Shown here piece after piece: positions 11,711-21,900 of a DNA stretch of 34,139 nt (position 1 is the first letter of the stretch; each line of letters starts with the position of its first letter). The stretch is from Chiloscyllium plagiosum (taxonomy: Eukaryota): NCBI RefSeq assembly GCF_004010195.1, contig NW_025213950.1:1-34139 (forward strand), written 5' to 3'. The position numbers were made by a program, and so were the translations under genes. The notes under the pieces were generated by a model. The model was not told where the DNA came from and ran no database searches. It saw nothing but the letters and a program-made list of their open reading frames with translations.

Positions 11711-11903
11711 GCAAAAGTGAGGACTGCAGATGCTGGAGATCAGAGTCTAGATTAGAGTGGTGCTGGAAAAGCACAGCAGGTTGGGCAACATCCAAGGAGC
11801 AGGAAAATTGACTTCCTGATGAAGGCTTTTGCCCGAAACGTCAATTTTCCTGCTCCTCAGATGCTGCCTGACCTGCTGTGCCTTTCCAGCACCACTCTAA
11901 TCT
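11711..11903. mobile_element. Short PLE-derived hairpin insert with 15-bp TSD, nested in an HE1 SINE
   Basis: 65-bp inverted arms 11748-11812 / 11840-11904 (about 6 mismatches). Direct repeat aaactacctaatgag at 11696-11710 and 11904-11918. Confidence 0.9.
11816..11842 (+). ncRNA. Minimal hammerhead ribozyme core motif (PLE type); activity uncertain
   Basis: CTGATGA, helix II (GGC-TTTT-GCC), then GAAAC-GTC with palindromic ACGT as a minimal helix III. A canonical helix I is not evident in this copy. Confidence 0.6.
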
Positions 11904-12499
11904 AAACTACCTAATGAGTACAAGGAAAACAGAGCATCTAGAGGAGAGTCATGCAGACACAGGGAGAAGCTATAAACTACACACAGTCACCCAAGCTTGG
12001 AATCAAACCCAGGTCTTCAGTGCTGTGAGGCAGCAGTGCTAGTCACTGAGCCACTGTGCTGCCTTAACTCCAGGGGTGATGGGACTGGGGAAGACAGTAG
12101 GAAATGTTCCAGAGAGTGGAGACAACGTTGTGGACTTTGTAACCTGGAGAGATGATCTGTTACATTTGCTTCCACATTGTGTAGAGTAATGGGCCTTGGA
12201 ATCCTGTGTAATTCCAACCTGGAAATATCAGTATCAGCTTCACCTTCCTCTGTTTTTTCCTCCCCTCTGTCCTGTTCCTTTTTGGCAATCTCTCTTCAGC
12301 TCTTTGAGAAAATGAACGTATAGAATCTTTAGTTATATCCTTGAATCCTTCTTTTTAAAGTCTAGACTTATCCAATGATTTACTCTTCGATTTGTACTCT
12401 CTGCCATTTCCTGCCACGATTCAGCTTATCACTCCTCAAATGAATACCTTTCTTTTTGTCTTCGATTTCCCACATCTTCCAAAATTTGATGCCTTGCCC

Positions 12500-13030
12500 C
12501 CACTATTTAAATTAAAATCCTCACTACAGCCGCAATTCCGAAGGTTGACAAGAACGTTGGCGCCAGCATGGTGCAGGTACAGCCTGTCCCATTGGTAGAA
12601 ATTGCACTCTGCCCAGTTTTAGTGCCAGTGCCACAGGAACTGAAGCCCACTGCTCCCACACCAATGCCTTCGAACCATGCAATCATCTCTCTAATCTGAT
12701 TTACTTCATGTCAATTTGTAAGTGATTTAGATAATCAACAGATTACAACCTTTGAGGTTTTGTGTCTTATTTAGACACCTAGCTCTTCAAACTACTGTGC
12801 GGAAGCTCCTTCTTTGCTTTTCTTATGTCACTGGAGCTTATATAGACTATGATGACTGGACCCTCCCCCGTCCTACTCCCAACACCCTCTCCAACCCAAA
12901 GCCAAGATCCGAACCCTGGTACTGGATAGGCAACACCTCCTCTGAAATTACACTTTTTGCTGCAGGAAACGGTATCAATCCTCTGACTGTAGTGTCCCCT
13001 AATACTGCAACAACTCATTCTTTCTCACCC
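12500..13030 (-). mobile_element. CR1 LINE ORF1 SGNH-esterase-like domain, decayed
   Basis: VVAVLGDTTVRG (GDS-like block, about 12979-13014), RIDTV, EGPVIIVYISSSDI, WCGSSGLQFLWHWH*NW...QWDRLYLHHAGANVLVN (family WDGLHLN). Same strand and order as the APE fragment at 10993-11169. Confidence 0.75.
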
Positions 13031-14702
13031 CCTAGAATGGTTTCTCACTGGGCCCCTGACTGAGTAAGAGATGACACGTGGCTCCCCTCCCCCTGCACAT
13101 TGATGGGTGTTTGGTACTGCTAGCACTAATATTCTGGCACAAAATTGTTCGAAGCCAGCCTGAACATCAATGACAGCAGAGAAGCACCACTCAGGTTTAG
13201 GAACTTCTGCCTTCTTAGAAAAGTACACAGTGTGCATCCTGTAAAAACCCCACACCATTCCCAGAGACAAAGCTATATGGCTCCAGCTGTGGCAAAGAGG
13301 TGTACACATGAGTCACCGTGCTCGAATTCTGGCAGCTTTACTCTCTTGTTGGCTACACATTCTCACCCAGGGATCTTGGAGGTCAAGGATTCAGTGGCAG
13401 GCTGTTTGCTCTCTCTCATCATCCACTTTGCTCCGGTGGCACTTCACTGAGTGAATACGTACAAACCAGGCTACAGCAAACGGGCTTCATGGATGAAGTG
13501 TCTACCGATGTTGGCACGTGTATTTCCCTTGGGGTGGGGGTGAGGGATGGGGTTGGTGGGAGTTTGGAGGGAGTGTGATTTCAAACTGCACTTTTGTGGT
13601 GAGGGCTCCACCTTGCCTTTGTGCAGAAGTTGGAGGGACTTGACGAAGACTGACAACTTAGTGGACATCTGGTGACATCTGTTTTCTGACCCCCATCTCC
13701 TTCACCTTCGTAAGGCTTGGACTTGAGGCGTCCAGAATTGCTTCTACATTTCTGTGTGGAATATTTCCTGTGTTCTGGCAGGTGCTGAGCTCAGACTGCA
13801 GTCTGGCTTGCACTTGGATAGAGTCCATGTTTGGCATTTTACCGATTCACTGCTGGAGGATGAACAGGTCCAGGAATTGTTCTGTCGCTTCTGGTCCATC
13901 TGAAGGAGGAAACAGGAAGCCTTCCACTCCTTGAGGCTATGGCAGGATGTGGGAAAGACTTGCATTTTTGTCTTCTGTCAGTAGTAGGTGAAGGGGTTGA
14001 CAGCGTGGTGGAAATCCAGAATCGAGAGGTTGAAGAAGGAAGTCCTTGTTGGGGAGTCTAATGTTCCAGCTGGTCGCTACTCACACTGGTCAGTGCATAT
14101 GGATTAGCAGCTCACACATTCATTTCTGGCTTATCTAGCTGCTGCCATTCATGTACCTCAGAGATTTGCTCAGCAGCTGCAAATACTGGATGGAATTGTA
14201 GCTGGCATCATGACTTGATCAGGCTGCCAAAGACCCACCCTTGTGAAGGTGAATGGAGAGAGAAAAGGTATTTTGTCCCAAGCTGTGTACATGAGGCCAC
14301 AGGTCCAGTTTCTCCTGTTCCACCTTCATCTACTTATTGGAAGAAAGTCCTGGGCTGTGCCAGCAGCATCAGTGCTGCTGGACCAAGATGGACTTCTTAT
14401 CCCAGATCCAGAGAGCATGGGACCTCACGGCTGACCTAATATCCAAACCGGTTCTCTCTTAAGCTGTCCAGCAGAGCTGCTCACTGCATTTTTTTGGAGG
14501 GCTTGCAGCAGGTCAGCCCAGAAGGTTCAAACATCCACAAGTTGCGATTGGGATCAAGAAGCTGACCTGCGATCTTGACCAGTTCTCCAGAGGTAAATCA
14601 TCAGGTTTGGTGGGGCTGGGCATGAAATTCCACAGGACATTTTGGGATGTGAGAAAAATTTGGTGAACATAGAGATGTCTGCTCTCATTATCCTGGGAGA
14701 TC

Positions 14703-14968
14703 ATAGAGACCCTATAATATGGGGTAATTCAGCCTATCATGTCCAAGCTGACCCACTGAACAGCATCTCACGCAGAGCCACACCATTACCCTGCATTTCC
14801 CATGGTTAATCCACCCAGTCTGCACATCTTTCGACTTTGGGAGGAAATCAGAGCATACCCACACCAGTAGAATGTACAAGCTCCACACAGACAGTCAGCC
14901 AAGGCTGGAAATGACCCCAGGACCCCAATGGCGTGAGGCAGCAGTGCTAACCAATGAGCCAGCATGCC
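14703..14968 (-). mobile_element. HE1-type SINE
   Basis: Minus-strand head ggcatgcTGGCTCATTGGttagcactgctgcctcac..; V-domain-like ctgtctgtgtggagcttgtacattct; colinear with 15244-15545. Confidence 0.8.
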
Positions 14969-15009
14969 ATGTACAGAAAACATTTTCTACTTATATTGAT
15001 AACATGATT

Positions 15010-15148
15010 TGGAGATGCCGGTGTTGGACTGGGGTATAAAAATCACGCAACACCAGGTTATAGTCCAAGATGAAGGAGCGGCACTCCAAAAGTTAGTGCT
15101 TCCAATTAAACCTGTTGGATTATAACCTGGTGTTGTGTGATTTTTAAC
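15010..15148. mobile_element. Short PLE-derived hairpin insert of a different family, with TSD
   Basis: 32-bp inverted arms 15037-15068 / 15115-15146 (2 mismatches). Direct repeat attgataa(c/t)atgatt at 14995-15009 and 15149-15163. Degenerate hammerhead gatga-aggagcggcactcc-aaaagtta at 15069-15095. Confidence 0.8.
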
Positions 15149-15243
15149 ATTGATAATATGATTCTCTTGTTCACAGCCCAAGCTGACCTGCAGAGGATGC
15201 TTGCATGCCAAGTAATGCACTCTCAAATAAAACGCTTCAGAGT

Positions 15244-15545
15244 TTAGATTCCTACAGTGTGGAAACAGGCCCTTCAGCCCAACCAGTCCATACTGACCCT
15301 CCGAAGAGCAACTCCTCCAGACCCAATCCCCCTGACTAATGCACCTAACATTACAGGCAATTTAGCATGGCCAATTCACCTAACCTGCACATTTTGGACT
15401 GTGGAGAGAAACCAGAGCACCCAGAGGAAACCCACGCAGTCTCGAGGAAAATGTGCAAACTCCACATAGACAGTTGCCTACGGCTGGAATTGAACCCGGA
15501 TCACTGGCACTGTGAGGCAGCAGTGCTAACCACTGAGCCACCATG
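15244..15545 (-). mobile_element. HE1-type SINE, best-preserved copy
   Basis: Minus strand: A box TGGCTCAGTGG, B box GGTTCAATTCC, V-domain gagtttgcacattttcctcg..gcgtgggtttcctctgggtgctctggtttc, tail gggcctgtttccacactgtaggaatctaa. Confidence 0.9.
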
Positions 15546-15926
15546 GTCATTCAAGCATCCTCCCCAGGTCAGCTTGGGCTGTCGAAAGATGTCTGCACAC
15601 GTGGTCTGGTCAGCCAGTTCTGGCCATGCTGAGGAAGCTCAGGCCTTTCTCCTGGAACATCACGATGTGGTAGACTGCCTTAGGCGTATTGGGGAAGCTA
15701 ACTAGGGAACCCGTAAGAGCTGAAAACCATCTTGTTATCAAGCTATCAAGTGACTATCAAACCGGGGTCTGAAAGTATTGTCATCTTGACCAAACGAAGC
15801 CTCAACTGTGATGAGCTGCTCAAGTATCTTATTGGAAAGTTATACTTCCACTAGTAGCACTTCACTTTAGCCCTACTCTTGGCAGTGCCTCCAAGCATGA
15901 TCAAGTTGTTTTGTTTAGTAACAGCC

Positions 15927-18900
15927 TACAGCGCGAGGGAAGCATGTCCCGGTACAGTGCAATGGAAGTGAGTCCCAGTACAGCGTGAGGGAAGTGTGTG
16001 CTGGTACAGTGCATCCCGGTACAGCATGAGGGCAGCATGTCATGTACAGCGCAAGGGAAGCATGTCCTGGTACATAGCGAGGGAGGCGTGTCCCGGTACA
16101 GCGTGAGGGAGGCATGTCTCGGTACAGCACGAGGGAAGCATGTCATGGTACAGCGCGAGGGAAGCGTGTCCCGGTACAGTGCGAGGGAAGAGTGTCCCGG
16201 TACAGCACGAGGGAATGGAGTCCTGGTACAGCGTGAGGGAAGTGTGTCCCAGTACAACGTAAGGGAAGCGTGTCCTGTACAGCGTGAGGGAAGCGTGTCC
16301 CTGTATAGCATGAGGGAAGCACGTCCCAGTATAGCACAAGGGAAGAGTTTCTCAGTACAGTGTGAGGGAAGCGTTTCCCGGTACAGCGTGAGGGAAGCGC
16401 TTCCTGGTACAGCGTGAGGGAAGCGCGTCCCGGTATAGCGCGAGGGTAGCGAGTCCCGGTACAGCGCGTGGGAAGTGAGTCCCGGTACAGCGCGAAGAAA
16501 GCGCGTCCCGGTACAGCGCGAAAAAAGCGCGTCCCGGTACAGTGTGAGGAAAGTGAGACCCAGTACAGCACGAGGGAAGTGGTCCCGGTACAGAGTGAGG
16601 AAGGCATGTCTCGGTATAGCACGAGGGAAGCATGTCGTGGTACAGCGCGAGGGAAGCGTGTCCCGGTACAGTGCGAGGGAAGCGCGTCCCGGTACAGCAC
16701 AAGGGAAGCGCGTCCCGGTACAGCGCGAGGGAAGCGTGTCCCGGTACAGAGTGAGGAAGGCATGTCTCGGTATAGCACGAGGGAAGCAAGTCGTGGTACA
16801 GCGCGAGGGAAGCGTGTCCCGGTTCAGTGCGAGGGAAGCGCGTCCCGGTACAGCACAAGGGAAGCGCGTCCCGGTACAGCGCGAGAGAAGCGTGTCCCGG
16901 TACAGGGCGAGGGAAGCGTTTCTCAGTACAGCGGGTGGGAAGCGAGTCCCAGTACAGCTTGAGGGAAGTGAATCCAGTACAGCTCGAGGGAAGCGTGTCA
17001 CTATATAGCGCAAGGAAAGCGCATCCGGTACAGTGTGATGGAAGCATTCTTGGTACAGCACGAGGGCAGCGTGTCCCGGTACAGCGCAAGGGAAGCATGT
17101 CCCGGTATAGTGTGAGGGAAGCGCGTCCCGGTACAGCGCGAGGTAAGTGAGTCCTGATACAGCATGTGGGAAGTGTGTCCTGTTACAACACGAGGGAAGC
17201 GTGTCCTATACAGCGTGAGAGAAGCATGTCCCTGTATAGCATGAGAGAAGCACGTCCCAGTATAGCACGAGGGAAGTGTTTCTCAGTACAGTGTGAGGGC
17301 AGCGTGTTCCGGTACAGCGTGAGGGAAGTGAGTCCCGGTACAGCGTGAGGGAAGTGAGTCCCGGTACAGCGTGAGAGAAGTGAGTCCCAGTACAACACAA
17401 GGGAAGCGGTCCCGGTACAGAGTGAGGGAGGCATGTCTCCGTACAGCACGAGGGAAGCTTGTCGTGGTACAGCGCGAGGGAAGTATGTCCCGGTACAGCG
17501 CAAGGGAACGCATCCTGGTACAGCACGAGGGAAACGTGTCTCGGTACAGCACGAGGGAAGCGCGTCCCGGTACAGCACGAGGGAAGCGCGTCCCGTTACA
17601 GCGCGAGAGAAGCGTGTCTCGGTACAGGCCGAGGGATGCGTTTCTCGGTACTGCGCGTGGGAAGCGAGTCCCAGTACAGCTCAAGGGAAGCGTGTCCGGT
17701 ACAGTGCGAGGGAAGCGTGTCCCTAATTAGCGCAAGGGAAGCGCATCCGGTACAGTGTGATGGAAGGATTTCTTGGTACAGCACGAGGGAAGCGTGTCCC
17801 GGTAAAGTGCAAGGGAAGCGTGTCCCGGTATAGCGCGAGGGAAGCGCGTCCCGGTACAGCGCGAGGTAAGTGAGTCCTGGTACAGCAGGTGGGAAGTATG
17901 TCCTGTTACAACACGAGGGAAGCGTGTCCTATACAGCGCGAGGGAAGCGAGTCCCGGTACAGCGCGAGGGAAGCGAGTCTTGGTACAACGTGAGGTAAGT
18001 GTGTCCCGGTACAGCGTGAAGAAAGCGCGTCCCGGTACAGTGTGAGGGAAGTGAGACCCACTACAGCACGAGGGAAGCGGTCCTGGTACAGAGTGAGGGA
18101 GGCATGTCTCGGTATAGCACGAGAGAAGCATGTTGTGGTACAGCGCGAGGGAAGCGTGTCCCGGTACAGCGCAAGGGAACGCATCCTGGTACAGCGCGAG
18201 GGGTGCATGTCTCGGTACAGCGCGAGGGAAACGTGTCCCGGTACAGCGCGAGGGAAGCGTGTCCCGGTACAGCACGAGGGAAGCGCGTCCCGGTACAGCG
18301 CGAGAGAAGCGTATCTCGGTACAGGCCGAGGGAAGCGTTTCTCGGTACAGCGCATGGGAAGCGAGTCCCAGTACAGCTCGAGGGAAGCATGTCGTGGTAC
18401 AGCGCAAGGGAAGCGTGTCCCGGTACAGCACGAGGGAAGCGCGTCCCGGTACAGCGCGAGAGAAGTGTGTCTCGGTACAGGCCGAGGGAAGCGTTTCTCA
18501 GTACAGCGCGTGGGAAGCGAGTCCCAGTACAGCTCGAGGGAAGCGTGTCCGGTACAGTGCGAGGGAAGCATGTCCCTATATAGCGCAAGGGAAGTGCATC
18601 CGGTACAGTGTGATGGAAGCATTTCTCGGTACAGCACGAGTGCAGCATGTCCCGATACAGCGCAAGGGAAGCGTGTCCTGGTATAGCGCGAGGGAAGCGC
18701 GTCCCGGTACAGCGCGAGGTAAGTGAGTCCTGTTACAACACGAGGGAAGCGTGTCCTATACAGCGATAGGGAAGCGTGTTCCTGTATAGCATGAGAGAAG
18801 CACGTCCCAGTACAGCACGAGGGAAGAGTTTCTCAGTACAGTGTGAGGGCAGCGTGTCCCGGTACAGCGCGAGGGAAGTGAGTCCCGGTACAGCGCGAGG

Positions 18901-21900
18901 GAAGTGAGTCCTAGTACAGCGTGAGGGAAGTGTGTCCCGGTACAGCGCGAGGAAAGCGCGTCCCGGCACAGTGTGAGGGAAGTAAGACCCAGTACAGCAC
19001 AAGGGAAGCGGTCCCGGCATAGAGTGAGGGAGGCATGTCTCAGTATAACACGAGGGAAGCATGTCATGGTACAGTGCGAGGGAAGCGTGTCCAGATACAG
19101 CGCAAGGGAACGCATCCTGATATAGCGCGAGGGATGCATGTCTCGGTATAGCACGAGGGAAACGTGTCTCGGTACAGCACGAGGGAAACGTGTCTCGGTA
19201 CAGCGCGAGGGAAACGTGTCCCGGTACAGCGCGAGGGAAGCATGTCCCTGTATAGTATGAGAGAAGCACATCCCAGTACAGCACGAGAGAAGCATTTCTC
19301 AGCACAGCGTGAGGGCAGCGTGTCCCGGTACAGCGTGAGGGAAGTGAGACCCAGTGCAGCACGAGGGAAGCGTGTCCCGGTACCGCGCGAGAGAAGCGTG
19401 TCTCAGTACAGGGCGAGGGATGCGTTTCTCGGTACTGCGCGTGGGAAGCGAGTCCCAGTACAGCTCGAGGGAAGCATGTCCGGTACAGTGCGAGGGAAGC
19501 ATGTCCCTGTATAGCGCGAGGGAAGTGCATCCGATACAGTGTGAGGGAAGCATTTCTCGGTACAGCACGAGGGCAGCGTGTCCCGGTACAGCGCAAGGGA
19601 AGCGTGTCCCAGTACAGCGCGAGGGAAGTGAGTCCTGGTACAGCGTGAGGGCAGCGTGTCCTGTTACAACACGAGGGAAGCGTTTCTCAGTACAGCGTGA
19701 GGGAAGCGTTTCCCGGTACAGCGCGAGGGAAGCGCGTCCTGGTACAGCGCGAGGGAAGCGAGTTCCGGTACAGCACGAGGGAACCGCATCCCGGTATAGC
19801 GTGAGGGAAGCATGTCATGTACAGCGCGAGGGAAGCGTGTCCCAGTACAGCGTGAGGGATGTGAGTCCCAGTACAGCACGAGGGAAGCGTGTCCCGGTAC
19901 AGCACGAGGGAAGCATGTCTCGCTACAGCGCGTGGGTAGTGAGTCCCGGTACAGCGTGAGGGAAGTGAGTCCCGGTACAGCTTGAGGGAAGTGAGTCCCG
20001 GTACAGCATGTGGGAAGCATTTCTCGCTACACGCGAGGGCAGCGTGTCCCGGAACAGCATGAGGGAATGTCCTGGTACAGCGCGAGGGAGGTGTGTCCCG
20101 GTACAGCACGAGGTAAGCGTGTCTCGGTACAGCACGAGGGAAGCGTATCCTGGTACAGAGTGAGGGAGGCATGTCTCGGTATAGCACGAGGGAAGCATGT
20201 CATGGTACAGCGTGAAGGAGGTGTGTCCCCATACAGCGCGAGGTAACTGAGTCCTGGTACAGCGTGAGGGAAATGTGTCCCAGTACAACACGAGGGAAGC
20301 GTGTCCTGTACAGCGTGAGGGAAGCGTGTCCCTGTATAGCACAAGGGAAGCACGTCCCAGTATAGCACGAGGGAATAGTTTCTCAGTACAGTGTGAGGGA
20401 AGCAGTCCCGGTACAGCGCGAGGGAAGCACGTCCCGGTATAGCGTGAGGGTAGTGAGTCCCGGTACAGCGCGAGGGAAGCGAGTCCCGGTACTGCGTGAG
20501 GGAAGCGAGTCCCGGTACAGCGCGAGAGAAGTGAGTCCTGGTACAGCGTGAGGGAAGTGTGTCCCAGTACAGTGCGAAGAAAGCGTGACCCGGTACAGTG
20601 TGAGGGAAGTGAGACACAGTACAGCACGAGGGCAGCGGTCTCGGTACAGAGTGAGGGAGGCATGTCTCGGTATAGCACGAGGGAAGCATGTCGTGGTACA
20701 GGGCGAGGGAAGCGTGTCCCGGTACGCGCAAGGGAACGCATCCTGGTACAGCGCGAGGGGTGCATGTCTCGGTATAGCACGAAGGAAACGTGTCTCGGTA
20801 CAGCGCGAGGGAGACATGTCCTGGTACAGCGCGAGGGAAGCGTGTCCCGGTACAGCACGAGGGAAGCGCGTCCCGGTACAGCGCGTGAGAAGTGTGTCTC
20901 GGTACAGGCCGAGGGAAACGTTTCTCAGTACAGCGCGTGGGAAGCGAGTCCCAGTACAGCGTGAGGGAAGTGTGTCATGTACAGCGCGAGGGAAGCACAT
21001 CCCGGTACAGCGTGAGGGCAGCGTGTCATGTACAGCACAAGGGAAGCGTGTCCCGGTACAGCGCGAGGGAAGCGTGTCCCGGGACAGCGTGAGGGAGGCG
21101 TGTCCTGGTACAGCACGAGGGAAGCGTGTCTCGGTACGGCACGAGGGAAGCGTGTCTCGGTACGGCACGAGGGCAGCATGTCCCAGTACAGCGCAAGGGA
21201 AGCGTGTCCTGGTACAGCGTGAGGTAAGTGAGTCCTGGAACAGCATGTGGGAAGTGTGTCCTGTTACAACATGAGGGAAGCGTGTCCTATACAGCGTGAG
21301 GGAAGCGTGTCCCTGTAAAGCATGAGAGAAGCACGTCCCAGTACAGCACGAGGGAAGCGTTTCTCAGTACAGTGTGAGGGCAGCGTGTCCCGGTACAGCG
21401 CGAGGGAAACGTGTCTCGGTACAGCGCGAGGGAAGCGTGTCCTGGTACAGCGCGAGGGAAGTGAGCCCCGGTACAGCGTGAGGGAAGTGTGTCCCGGTAC
21501 AGTGTGAGGGAAGTGAGACCCAGTACAGTACGAGGGAAGCGGTCCCGGTACAGAGTGAGGGAGGCATGTCTCGGTATAGCACGAGGGAAGAATGTCGTGG
21601 TACAGCGCGAGGGAAGCGTGTCCCGGTACAGCGCAAGGGAACGCATCCTGGTACAGCGCGAGGGGTGCATGTCTCGGTATAGCATGAGGGAAACGTGTCT
21701 CGGTACAGCGCGAGGGAAACGTGTCTCGGGACAGCGCGAAGGAAGCGCGTCCTGGTACAGCGCGAGGGAAGCGTGTCCCGGTACAGCGCGAGGGAAGCAT
21801 GTCCCGGTACAGCGCGAGGGAAGCGTGTCCCGGTACAGCACGAGGGAAGCGCCTCCTGGTACAGCGCAGGAGAAGCGTGTCTCGGTACAGGGCAAGGGAA

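Larger units (their letters stand above)
11543..12063 (-). mobile_element. HE1-type SINE (tRNA head, V-domain, LINE-derived tail), interrupted at 11711-11903
   Basis: Minus-strand head ggcagcacagTGGCTCAGTGActagcactgctgcctcacag...GGTTTGATTCC; tail seen as tagaatcatagaatccc; colinear with the copies at 14703 and 15244. Confidence 0.85.
13150..15730 (+). mobile_element. Decayed Tx1/L1-clade LINE ORF2 (APE endonuclease plus partial RT), multiply interrupted and internally deleted
   Basis: ASLNINDSRE (ORF 13145..13450), DNLVDIW, SFTFVR..ASRI, WHFTDSLLEDEQVQELFCRFW..SLRLWQDVGK, LDQFSRGKSSGLVGLGMKFHRTFWDV (about 14575-14651), STYIDNMILLFTAQADLQRM (degenerate YADD at 14992-15003). Right boundary uncertain. 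Confidence 0.8.

Noticed and set aside
1..15926. Host gene exons
   Set aside because: Every recognisable coding remnant is transposon-derived and disrupted. Small exons in unassigned gaps (for example 6100-6590 and 10680-10990) cannot be excluded without transcript data.
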